Shown: positions 35,990 through 55,639 of the stretch, piece after piece
Numbering within the stretch: the stretch's first letter is position 1
Layout of the letters: the number at the start of each line of letters is the position of its first letter
Source of the DNA: the human T2T-CHM13v2.0 reference genome, Homo sapiens
Assembly (NCBI RefSeq): GCF_009914755.1
Contig: NC_060940.1
DNA length: 64,000 bases
Direction: 5' to 3' (one strand)
Program-made: the position numbers and the translations under genes
The notes under the pieces: generated by a model
Told to the model about the DNA's origin: nothing
Databases searched by the model: none
The model's input: only the letters and a program-made list of their open reading frames with translations

Positions 35990-36445
35990 CTAAATCCCCC
36001 AGACCAGGCAAGTGAACCCCCACATCAGCCGAGGGAACCCCCAGACCAGCCACTGAACCCCCACATCAGCCAACTGAACCCCCAGACCACACAACTAAAC
36101 CCCCAGACCAGCCAACTAAACCCCCAAGACCAGCCAAGTAACCCCAGTCCAGCCAACTGAACCCCCAGATTAGCCAATTAACCCCCATACAAGACAGGTA
36201 AACCCTCTTAGACCAGCCAACCAAGCCCCCAAGACCAGCCAAGTAAAGCCTCCAGCCCAGCCAAGTAACTCCCAGACCAGACAACTTAAACCCCATAGAT
36301 CAGCCAACTAACCAACTCCCCCATACGAGACAACCCCCCAAGACCAGACAACAAAATCCCCCAAACCACAAAACTAAATCCCCTAGACAACTGAACCCCC
36401 CCAGATCAGCTGACTGAACCTCCCAGACCAGTGAACTGGACCCCA
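35990..36445. repeat. Degenerate ~21-22-bp C/A-rich minisatellite (aactgaacccccagaccagcc), about 20 copies
   Basis: Direct inspection. Confidence 0.9.
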
Positions 36446-37094
36446 CTCATTAAAATGATGTTTGGAATATACTGAATTAAATAAAACATATTAAAAGTAA
36501 TCGTACCCGTTTCTTTGTACCTTATTCATGGGACTGCTAGAAACGTCAAAATCTATTTCTACTGGATGGTGTGGCTCTAGATAGTATGTCCTTGAGCAGA
36601 GTCCTGTCTTTATGATTCTTCAAGTCCTCTCCAGAACCCAGCACTCAATAAAACCTGTGGGCTGGATGCAGGATGCCTCAGTTTACCCCAGAGGAAGCTG
36701 AGGCCTAGAGAGACAAGGTCACTTGCCCTAAGGCAGGAACCACTGTGTAATTTGTGGGGCTCAGTGGAAAACGAACATGTGAGGCCCATTGTTCAATATG
36801 TATTAAGAGCATTAAACTGAGCATGGGGCCCTGTGCAGCTGCAGAGGTCACATGCCTGTGAAGCTGGCCCTGCTCCAAGGCCAAATCGTTAAGCGGCAGA
36901 GCTGGGATTTGAACCCAGGGAGGCCTGGAGCTGGGGGCATGGTACAGGAGGGTCACCTGGAAACAGGTGGGTGGGTCTGAGTCCCTGGGCCAGGCTGCGG
37001 GGCTAGAGCAGAGGGGCAGAGGGCCTGGGTCCTGGCGGGTCCCTCCTCCTGGTGCCCTGGGCAGCGTGTAGTGTTGAGGCCCCAGGGAGTGAGA

Positions 37095-37830
<736 letters not shown>

Positions 37831-37890
37831 AGACCCCATGTTACAGAGTTCCTGGCTACTTCAAATATGGAGTTAAAATGATTCTCTCTG

Positions 37891-38229
<339 letters not shown>

Positions 38230-38629
38230 TCACCCCCATGCTTGTGTGGGCCTCATCACCTCCAGAGACCCAGGCTGGGCGAGTGGGGGTGGGCAGGGGC
38301 CGGCAGCACCAAAGCCAGCCATGAAAAATGGATGGACAAGCCACACTCGGGACAGGCGCTGTTCCAGCACTTAGCACACTTAGCAGCTCTGGGGCCGACA
38401 GGAAGACGGTCCTTTTAAAAGCTCCCAGCCCCACGAGCCCTGATCTGGCTGCCTGTGCTTTCACTCGTGAGGGGCCGAGGGTGGGTGGAGGTGGGAGGGC
38501 ATTTCCCAGGCACTGTCAGGATCTGCAGAGTCTTGGTCTACCTTCCTGATCAAGTCCCGGCCTTGGGCTGGAAGAAAAGTGGTCCCAGAGATACCTCCAG
38601 GGGCCTGGTTTCTCCGTCAAAGATGTCCT

Positions 38630-39085
38630 GACACAATCGCCAAAAGGTGGAAACAACCCAGTGTCCATCGTTGGAGAAGTGGATAAAGAAAATGTAGTCT
38701 GTCCACATGGTGGAATATTATTCAGCCGTGAAAAGGAACGAAGCAGTGATGCATGTTCAATGTGGATGAGCCTAGAAAACACCACGCTGAGTGACGGAGA
38801 CCAGACACAAAAGGACAAATGCTGGATGATTCCACTGACACGAGGTCCCTAGAGCAGATTCTTAGAGACAGGAAGTAGAATGGTGGCTGCCAAGGGCTGG
38901 GGAGGGAACGGGGAGTTAGTGTTTAACGGGGACAGAGTTTCAGTTGGAGATGATGAAACCTTCATTCTGAAGACGGGTGGGGTGATGATTGCACAACACT
39001 GTGAACGTGCTTAATGCCACTAACCTTGTACACTTCATGGTTAAAACGGTAAGTTTATGTGATATATATTATTTTTTAAAGAAGA
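38630..39085 (+). mobile_element. L1MB-like 3' fragment
   Basis: ggaaacaacccagtgtccatc...ggaatattattcagcc...gtagaatggtggctgccaagggctgggg. Confidence 0.8.
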
Positions 39086-40697
39086 AAAGTATCCTCAATG
39101 CCTACTTTGTGACAGGCACTGGGGAACTCATGTCTAAGGGAAGAAAGTCCTCAAGTTTCAAGGGGTTAGGCTTGACCCTCTCAACCACTGTCTGCTGCTG
39201 AATTAACCTCAGCCACTCACAGATACTCATTCAACAAACATCTCCCCACTCCTCTGTGGGGTCAGCCTGGAGTCTCAGAGGAAGCCAGGTCCTGGAGGGG
39301 ACGTGGGCTGTTTGTGTCTGTCCGGCATCCCATCCCGCTTAGTAAACGACACCCCGATTTTCACCAGGGGAACCAATCTCTCCGCAAGCGGTCTTGGAGG
39401 AGCTGTCAATCAAGATGCACCTCCCTCCAGGCCAAAGGGGCGGGCCTAAGACCTAAACTGGGCCAATCGGATGCTCTCCTGGAGCGGATTCCTCCCAGCC
39501 TGGGAATCTGAAGGGTGGTCCATTCATCCCGGCTCCCAGCAGGGGCCTTTTCACGCCTCCTTACTTCACTTTTCCTGTGGGCTCCCCTCGGCTTTCCAGT
39601 AAATTCCTTGTTAACCAGTATCCGCTTCTGTAGCTTGCATCTAAAAGCCCTAAGCCTGCCTAAACCCAAAGGATGGGCTACAGAGCCTGGTGAATTTGAC
39701 GAAGGAAATAGTACAATTAATTAAGAGCAGCCACCGCCAGAGTGTTCCAGGCCCTGCTCTCGTGCTCCCGGTGACCTGAGACGGGTCCGCCATGATCCCC
39801 ATTTTACTGATAAGGAAACTGAGGCCCTTGATCTAGGTCTCACAGAGGCATTGGTGAGGCCACAACTCACACCATGCAGGCTGATCCCAGGCTTGGCTCA
39901 GCTCCCAACCACCTCTCCAGGTGGGTAGGTGGCCTCTGCCTGGAAGGGGCTGCTGGGGTCAGGTAGGTGGCCCCGGGGCAGGCTAGAAGCTTGGCACTCA
40001 CACCACTGGCCATGGGACACCTGGAGCCAGAGGCGGTCTCAGGCAGCGGGGCCGCAAGTCAGACCAGGGGCCACCCACGTGACTCCCAGGTTTTTGGCTG
40101 GGGAGAACAAAGCAACTGTCACCAAGGTAAAGAAGAGGGGCAGCAATGGACTTGGGATGGGAGGTTCCCTGCAACATTGGTCTGAGGTGCCCCAGGGCCA
40201 TCCACACACAGGACAGAAGTCTGGGCTGCCTTTGCTAACACCCACAACACCCTTCAGTGGTTTTGTGTCCTTCTAGAACTTTCTCCCGCTGGCCTTCTCT
40301 CCTACCACCTGGACGCTGGACCTCCTGTCTGGGTGATAACAGGCCCCGGGTGTGTCCTTGGGAAAGCAAACAGCCCAGCATATGCCTGGCTCCTTCGCAA
40401 AGGCCTCCTCCTCCCTCACTCTCCACAGCCTGGGATTAGGCACCCTGAGGGGGAAACTGAGGCCCCAAGGCACTGCCACCTTCCCAGTCACCCACTGCTA
40501 GTGAAATGGAAGGCCTGGAGGGGTGCTCAGAGTCAGGACAAGCATTTTTAGAGCACCTGCTGTGTACAGGACTGCTTTAAGGGATGGTGCCCTGCTCCCT
40601 CTGCAGGGCAGAGGGCTTCAACTCCCCTCTCTCCTGCCCCCCAACCCAGCACCCCCTCTGCCATGAGAGCTGGTGGGGGCAGAGCTTCAGGCCTTAC

Positions 40698-40725
40698 CTT
40701 TCAGGCAGGACATCTTAAGCCCCAT
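40698..40725 (-). CDS. C16orf74: C16orf74/calcimembrin coding part of exon 2 (MGLKMSCLK + first base of G10); whole exon 40743-40698
   Basis: Minus strand reads ctctctccacAG|gcctgcagaggtgccgacATGGGGCTTAAGATGTCCTGCCTGAAAG|GTAAGG, with canonical acceptor and donor. It matches the recognised N-terminus of C16orf74, and its phase-1 end joins exon 3 in frame. Confidence 0.96.
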
Positions 40726-42281
40726 GTCGGCACCTCTGCAGGCCTGTGGAGAGAGGACAGCGCTGAGAGAGGGGAGGGCGCGACTTGTTTGTATTGGCCA
40801 CGTGCAGCCGGGCCCCCACCCTTGGCCCTGATGAGTGCAAAACAGGAGGTTGTGGTGGAGAGAAACCACCGGCCTCCAGGTCATGCCACCTGTCAACTAC
40901 ATCTGGGCTGGATTTGCTCAAAGATGGAGTCTGTGCCGGTGGAAAAAACTTACGGGTGCCTCAAAGTTAAATATACAGGAAGCCAAGGCGGCGTCTGCAG
41001 CCCTGGCTCTGTGCGGTCACTTGAACCCAGGAGGCGGAGGCTGCAGTGAACTGATGATGGGGAACCGACACCACCAAGCCTTTCCTTTCAAGAGCCACAG
41101 GACGGCCGCAGCTGCAGAGATGTGAAGACCTGCCAGCAGGGCTCGGGGGTGGCCCAGAGGCCCCCATGGCCATGTACCTCCCGTTCTAATGCTTTTTTTT
41201 TTTTCCCCTAATGCAGGTTCTTTGGAGATCTGACAGCCTGAGCTATAGAGGACGTGTGGCCCCCCCCAGCCCACGGGTATTAGAATTGTCCCAACCAGTG
41301 TTCTCATGATGTTCCTGCAACATGAGGCATCCCGAGTTCTAAGCAATTGAAAAATAGAAGCAGCAGCCAGTGGTGCGGGGCCCCTGCATGCTCTTGACAC
41401 TCACTCCTCAGTAACAGCCCCGCAAGGTACTATTACTGTCCCCACTTCACAGACACAAAAATCAGGGCTCAGAGAGTTGGCGGCACCTGCCCAAGGCTAC
41501 CAGCTTACTAGGGACTGTGGAGCTGAGACTCGAACCCAGGACTGTCCTAATCCCTAGGCTGGGGCCCCACCCCACAGGGGCCTGTAGTGTGCAGAGATCC
41601 AGAGGAAGATAAAGCAACAGTCCATGGGAGGAACCCCAGGGGATGGGAGGTCAGGCAGGAACAGGTGGGGAGAAGCCGAAGATGGGTGGGACCTGGGGTT
41701 TCTGGGGCTGGTTTGGAGTTAAGAGCTTATTCTGAGGACGCCAAGGAGCAAGTCTGCTTTCTAGAGGGGTGTGTGGCTAGTACCTGTGAGGAGACCCCAG
41801 GCCTGGCCCTCATGTGCAGGCTGTTGGTGGATTGGTAGCATCAGCAACCCGGAGGCTGGGGAGCAAGGCAGCAGCTCAGGCCCACCCAGGCGCACAAGGC
41901 CCCAGGGATTCCTGTGCCTGCTGAGGTCAGAGATGCTTGCTCTGGGCCAGAAATCGGGGAGGTGAATGTGAAGATGGCAGGCCAGGAAGGGTTTGGAGGA
42001 GAAGGAGCTGGAAGTCCAGGTGGAGCTAGTAAGACATGGGTGGGAGATACCACCAAGACATAGACCGGGGCCTTGGGAAGGGAGGGAAAGCGAGAGATAC
42101 TGATGCGAACAGGCTTGGGCCAGCTGCGTATGAAAGGCAGCCATTCCAACTTACGAGTGGTCTCTGGAGCTTCCCCATTGCACTAGCTGGGCCAGGTCCC
42201 AGCTTGGCAACTCCCAGCCATGTGATCACGGATAGTTTATCTCAAGACTTCACTTTCCTCATCTTTAAAATGGGATGAGCT

Positions 42282-42567
42282 GGCCGGGCACAGTGGCTCA
42301 CGCCTATAATCCTGACACTTTGGGAGGCCGAGGTGGGTGGATCAGGAGTTCAAGACCAGCCTGGCCAACATGGTGAAACCCCATCTCTACTAAAAATAAA
42401 AAAATGAGCCAGGCATGGTGGTGGGTGCTTGTAATACCGGCTACTCAGGAGGCTGAGGCAGGAGAATCACTTGAACCCGTAGGTGGAGGTTGCAGTGAGC
42501 TGAGATCGTGCCACTGCACTGCAGCCTGGGCGACAGAGTGAGACTTCATCTCGAGAAAAAAAAAAAT
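42282..42567 (+). mobile_element. Alu
   Basis: Alu consensus. Confidence 0.9.
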
Positions 42568-43048
42568 GTAAAAAGGGGTGAGGCACATAACAGTCTCATT
42601 GAGCAGCAGCGAGAACTGAGTGTGGGGAAGTGATCTGTGCTGGGGACAGAGGAGAAGTCCGAACAATGTCAGCTGCTGCTGTCCCTCCTGACAGAGAGGG
42701 AGGGAAAGGAGGTCGAGGTTTCCAGCTAGGCCTTTTATCCAGGGCCTTGCTGTTCCCAGAATGGCCCATGGAACAGCAGCACAGGCTTCCCGGTAGCTGT
42801 GCATGCAGAGTCTCAGGCCCTGAGCTGGCCCTGCCCACTCAGAACCTGCATCCACACTACAGCCAAGAAGAGCTGGGCACTGCAGCCTCCGCACATCACC
42901 CAGGAGCTTTACAAAATACCTTTTCTTCCGGATTAGGTAACTCGCACCTGTCATCCCAGCACTTGGGGAGGCTGAGGCATGAGGATCACTTGGGGCCAAG
43001 AGTACAAGACTAACTTGGGCAACATAAGAAGACCCTGTCTCTATAAAA

Positions 43049-43585
<537 letters not shown>

Positions 43586-43757
43586 CTATAAAACATTTTT
43601 AAAAAATTAGTCAAGTGTGGTGGCCTGTGCCTGTAGTCCCAGCTACTCAGGAGGCTGAGGTGGGAGGATCACTTGAGCCCAGGAGGTTGAGACTGCAGTG
43701 AACCTTGATCGTGCTACTTCACGCCAGCCTGGGTGACAGCAAGAGCCTGTCTCTTAA

Positions 43758-44145
<388 letters not shown>

Positions 44146-45114
44146 GGCACTGGGATTTTTAAAAGCTCCCTGCAGGACTCTCACATGCAGGAGAGAGAAT
44201 CCTTCCCTATGGGAGGAGTGAGGGGTAGCGGAGGAGTGGGGCTGGGGCTGAGGGACGGAGGGCCCAGACCTGTGGGAGCGACAGGCACATTTCCTGGCAC
44301 TCACCATGGGCCCGGCACTGTTCAGAGCCCTTTATGTGTATTCATGGTTAGTGAATCCTCACTATAACCCCATGAAGTTGGGACCGTTCCTGTCCCCATC
44401 TCACAGGAAACAGGCACAGAGAAATTAGTTAACTTGCCTAAGGTCATCTGGGTAGCAAGTGACAGAACAGGGATTTGAAGCCAGAACTTTGGACTCTAGA
44501 GCCCACGCTTTTAGTGACCAGGCAGACCTGGGAAGTCTTGGAGTCCCCAGGGGACAGAGCTTCCAGGAACAGGGGAGGGCGGAGCAGACCTCATCTCCAT
44601 CCCTCATCAATTGTGCCCATGCTGGCTCTCCTGCCGCCAGCCTTGCCAAGGGGTCCTGCAGCCCTGACGTCAGGATCAACCACAAATAAGCCAGAGGGAA
44701 AGCTGCACAGAGCCCCAGGGCCTCTGCTGGCCAGGCTTCCCAAACCTCCCTGGACTGTGGCTGCTGGTAAGCCAGACTCGACATCCCAACCAAGCGCAGA
44801 CCGGCCCTGCACAAAGTACTCCGATTTTATCATCTATTCCCTTTTATCCTGTCTTTGTTCAGCATTGATCACAGCCCACCTGGTGGATTTTGACATGTCT
44901 CAACCCAGGGTTTGAAAACCAGTGATCTGTACAGAAGTTCTCACAGAAAGAATGATGTCTGGAATTTGCTGTAAAATACTTCAGTAAAACAACAACAACA
45001 AAATGCTGTGGGGCACAGGGAGGCGTCACCATGAGAGCAGCGGGATGCTGTTTACTGTTGAGACTGGGAGATAGGAGAGCATGACATACTGGTGTGTTTG
45101 TTTGAAAAGTAATG

Positions 45115-46362
<1,248 letters not shown>

Positions 46363-47137
46363 AGAAAGAAAATATACACTGACGTGTCTGGGCTCAAGAG
46401 TCATCATTTCCGTAACTTAACTCTCAAATTGTTCAGCAGGAACATAACGATACGCATGAATACGTGCAGGGAGAGATGAGGACACGCGTGTAGGTAAATG
46501 TTCATTTCTGGCGAAGGATATTTGCAGGGCCTCTTCATATTCTCACAACTCTTCTTTAACTTTGAAACTGCTTCAAGAAAAAGGCTTAAAAAGGAAAGAA
46601 AGGCAACATCCAGAAGAGACAGGGCAGCTCAGTGAGAGTCTGCGCAATGCCTGGCCTCCCCACCGTGGTCTCCCAGGGCAGGATGCGGGCGGCAGCATGT
46701 GCGTCAGATCGCGTTTTCCTGCTAGCAGCTTCTACAGCTTGGTGGAGATGCGTTCCTGGGGCCAGGCTCTGGCCGAGCAAAGGATCTGTATTATGCCGTG
46801 CCAGGCAGCACCACCTCCCTGAAGAGGCGTCTGGAACTGACAGGTTTTCTCTGAACAGCTGTCTTGCAATTTGAAAGACCCCTACCTCAAAACACACAGG
46901 GGAAGGAAGGAAGGCAGGGAGGGAAGGAGGGAAGAAGCAAACCAGAGGATGGGGGACCAGGAGCAGCTCCAGCCGGGATTCAGGTGACACTGGGGGCAGG
47001 ATGCAGTGAGGGTCAGGCAGGTGCAGCATCGAGGGTGGTCACGTCCACATATGGCAATTTGATGTGGGGTGTGTGGAACTCCCACATGGAGAGTTTTCAC
47101 ACAGCAAGTTTTCTCATCTCCCACAGTGTCCCTGAAC

Positions 47138-47217
47138 TTGCCCTCATTGTCATCCTGCTTCTGCCTCCCTCCAAGGACAGCACAAAGGCGGCAGGCACAG
47201 GACTGGCTGAAGGGACA
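47138..47217 (-). ncRNA. MIR1910: pre-miR-1910 (5p arm 47206-47186 CCAGUCCUGUGCCUGCCGCCU; 3p arm 47167-47148 GAGGCAGAAGCAGGAUGACA)
   Basis: The reverse complement UGUCCCUUCAGCCAGUCC...GACAAUGAGGGCAA matches the hsa-mir-1910 hairpin as I recall it. It is intronic and on the host-gene strand. Confidence 0.92.
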
Positions 47218-47413
47218 AGAAAGAATTGGGAGTCTAGAGGAGCTGTGCCACCTCAAGCAGGTCATTTCCCGAGTCTGAGGTGCTGGGGCTCGGTCCCCCA
47301 GGTTCTGTGTCCTCCTCTGCCAAACAGGCATTGAGCCACCAGCCTCCAGGACAGGGCCTGGGACAGAGTTGTCACCATCATCTTCATCATCATCATTGTT
47401 CTCATCATTCTTA

Positions 47414-48428
<1,015 letters not shown>

Positions 48429-49153
48429 GTGTCACCTCACTACTGTTGTCATCCTTGTCACTGTCATCATTGTTGCTGCCACCTTTACCATCATCATCCT
48501 CATCATCGTCATCAGTGTGATTGCCACTAGGTACCACCAGGGCACCCCCACTACGTGGCCCCAATTCCACAGTGTGGCCTGTTGTGTTGGGGGTGAATTT
48601 ATGTGGGAGTGTGGAGAGCCCTGTCCACTCCCTTTGAGATCTGGGGCCAGCCTCCTGCAGAGACCACAGATGCTTTCATGCGAGAGGCCCCTTAGATGAG
48701 CTGAAATGTCTGAGAAGGAGGAGTTACAGCTTTGATTCTACATCTGTCTGAATAGAAGCCATACAGTTGTCTAAACATAGGGAAGAGCCACTGTTACCTT
48801 AAACTTTATCATCATCGTCATGACAATATCAGCTGATAGATATCCAGCTGTTTTCAGTGTGCCAAATTCTGGGCCAAGTTTGCTATAAAAACGATGCCAC
48901 TGAACCCTAACAATGCCCTAAGAGATAAACATTATCACCATCCTGTTTTATAAATGAGGAGCTGGGGCTCACAGCTGTCCAGCGACTCCCAGCACCCAGG
49001 GCTAGCAAGCTACAGCTCTGGGCTGCCAGACACTAAAGCCAAGCCCACATCACTGCACTGGGTTGCAGTGTTCTATTCCACACGCCAGAATTCTAGATTG
49101 TTTGAGTTTGTTACAAACACACGTATCTTTGTAACTAGAAAATAAAGATTTAA

Positions 49154-50706
<1,553 letters not shown>

Positions 50707-51055
50707 TCACGGATTCTCTCTGGTGACAAGGATGGGCAATGGGCAATTATAAAAACTGACTTCCTCGGCAGAGGTCCACCCCCTCCTGAGGGGTGGCAAG
50801 ACAGACAGACATCAGATGTCATGCATGCCACACAGCTTCTCTAAGGCCAAGAGCATCTCCAGGGACAGGTCCCACTTCCATGTTGGCTGTGTTTGTTTTT
50901 GCAACAGCCTTGAAGGCAGGTGCCACAAATTACCAGCTCACAACAGACTGCTTGTCAGCTTGCCCTCTACAGATTTTCAGTGCAAACAGAAAAGCAAAAT
51001 GATGTGTTCTTTCATAAAGTCAAAAGCAACCAAGACATAGCACTGACTGTGAGGG

Positions 51056-51362
51056 ACAGAAACTCCTGCTGGCTGGAGGGACCCTGCTTTTCAAAGACAG
51101 AGAATCTCCCGCTGGCTGAGGGACCCTGCTCACTGCCTACCAGAGACAGAATCTCCCGCTGGCTGGAGGGACCCTGCTTTTCAAAGACACAGAATCTCCC
51201 GCTGGCTGGAGGGACCCTGCTTTTCAAAGACAGAGAATCTCCCGCTGACTGAGGGACCCTGCTCACTGCCTACCAGAGACAGAATCTCCCGCTGGCTGGA
51301 GGGACCCTGCTTTCCAAAGACACAGAATCTCCCGCTGGCTGGAGGGACCCTGCTTTTCAAAG
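51056..51362. repeat. Composite minisatellite A-B-A-A-B-A-A (A = 43 bp, B = 47 bp)
   Basis: Units start at 51056, 51099, 51146, 51189, 51232, 51279 and 51322. Confidence 0.95.
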
Positions 51363-51494
51363 TGGGCTCCAACGTTTGCCGATTCCCTTCAGTTACCACT
51401 TGTGTGGATCACAGAAGTTCAGCTCTAGGCTATGAGATAAACCCATCCTGGAGAGGCTCATAGAAATCTAGAGCTGGAAGTGGTCAGAGAGAGA

Positions 51495-51950
<456 letters not shown>

Positions 51951-52750
51951 ATTCAAGGTCATCTGATTTCTAACGTCTGGCTGTCCCAGATGGGGACCTG
52001 GAGAACTAGACAGGGAAAGTGAATGAACTGGTTCCTGCAGAGCCACCTCCCAGATGAAATCAGAGTAACCCCATGGAGGTCCTGAGTCACGGTGGCACCT
52101 TGCCCTGCTTGCCTAACAAAGACCTCCTGGGAGGAGGACCCAGAAGAGGGCAGGGCTGAAGAAGAGTCACAGCTGAAGAATGTGACTGTTTGCCAGGTGA
52201 GTGGGCTCCAATCCCAGTGGGGCAGGGTGGTCTCTGAGGCTTGGTAAGCCCCTTCAGCTCTCTGGGCCTGGTCATGCTGCAAGCAGGGAAGAGAGTGCGG
52301 GCAAGCGGGGCTCCCAGCAGGCTCACGACACACATGGTGCTTTTCTTCCTTCTTTAGGAAAGCCACTTTCTTTCTGCAGCAGGATTAGAATTCCTACAAC
52401 TCCAGCCAAAGGAACTGGGTTGGGAAGCGATACTGCAAGCATTCATGTGCTTCCATCCTGGTCTTCAGCTTAGCCACGGTCCTGCGGGGACAGTGAGTCC
52501 CTCTCTGAGTGGCCAGGACCTCCACCTGGCCCACAGGAAGCCTTCACCAGCAGGAAGCGAAACAGGATGGGGTGGAGGCAGGAGGCCCACCGAAATCCCC
52601 ACCTGCTTGGCCTCCCACGGATGAGCCGTGTGACTCACAGCAAAATACTTGCCCATTGCCGACTCTGGGCCACCGTGAAATAATAGAGCTGAACACCTTT
52701 AGGATTTGAGCACCTTTCTGTACATTATACATCAATAAAAACATTTATCA

Positions 52751-53135
<385 letters not shown>

Positions 53136-53144
53136 TCATCTTGC

Positions 53145-54444
<1,300 letters not shown>

Positions 54445-54445
<1 letters not shown>

Positions 54446-55102
54446 TTTTTTTTTTATTTTTTATTTTATTTTATTTTTTTTTAGAGAAAGGAGTCTCACT
54501 ATGTTGCTCAGGTTGGTCTCAAACTCCTGGCCTCAGGTGATGCTCGTGCCTCACCCTCCCAAAGCACTGGGATCACAGGTGTGAGCCACTGTGCCTGGGC
54601 CCCATCATCACTTACTAATCTTTTTAATGATGGGGGATTATACTTAGCAGGCCCAGAGGCCTAGCCTGGCTTCCACTGCAGGTAAGAGCAATTCAGTACC
54701 ACGGCTCAGGGTTCCAGGCCTGGCCTTGCCATTTTCCAGCCATGTAACCTTGTGTCAGTGTCTTTGCCTTTACAAGCTTCTGTTTCCTCATTTTTATTTT
54801 TTAATTTATTATTATTTTTTTAAGAGACAGGGTCTCCCTCTGTTGCCCAGGCTGGAATGCAGTGGCGTGATCATAGCTCACTGTAGCCTCAACTTCTTGG
54901 GCTCAAGGAAACCTCCCGTCTCAGCCTCCTAAGTAGCTGGGACTACAGGTATGCACCACACCCAGCTCATTAAAAAATTTTTAGTAGCTGGGGGGACTCA
55001 CTGTGTTGCCCAGGCTGGTCTCGAACTCCTGGCCTCAAGCACTCCTCCTGCTTTGGCATCCCAAAGTATTGCAGCCACAGGCGTGAGCCACTGTGCCTGG
55101 CC
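54445..55102 (-). mobile_element. Antisense Alu monomer (54445-54600) and Alu (54820-55102)
   Basis: Alu consensus. Confidence 0.85.
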
Positions 55103-55639
55103 CTGTTTCCTCATCTTTAAAATGGGGCTGACAGTATTTGGTTGGAGAGTTGGTCAGGGGATTAAAACAGAAAACGCAGGGTCTGGTGCATGAGGAGTGC
55201 TCCGTAAGCATGAACTATCAGTGCGCTCTTCTTCAGTGTCCACTGACGGCACGCTCCCATTTCAAGTCTCCAGAGGTGACCTGCACCTTGGGCTGGGAAA
55301 ATACACTCTACGTGGGTCTGGGGTGCACCCCACCGGCATGGGAAGGCGCTTCCAGGGAGACGAGATTAGGTGGTGAGCTTTCAGCCTCCTTGGGGCTGGT
55401 GAGGGATTAAGTGTTTCCATAAATACACGGCCTCCTCCCATCCACAGGACCGGGTCCCCAGCGGTGGGGGCGCAGAACCCAAGGAGGGCGTGGCCTGCAC
55501 AGGTGAGGGTGCTTTTTGGAGTTAACCCAGCCCAGGACAGGGGCCTCCCCACAGCGTTGGATGGGTGGGGTCTAGGCAGGAAACGCCAGAGCCTGTGACT
55601 CAGGGTATCCCTCTCAGAGCCTCAGTTTCCTAACCTGTA

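Noticed and set aside
51056-51362. Repeat-spacer look resembling a CRISPR array
   Set aside because: The spacers are themselves repeated, the DNA is human, and no cas genes are present. The same applies to the repeat at 25266-25453.
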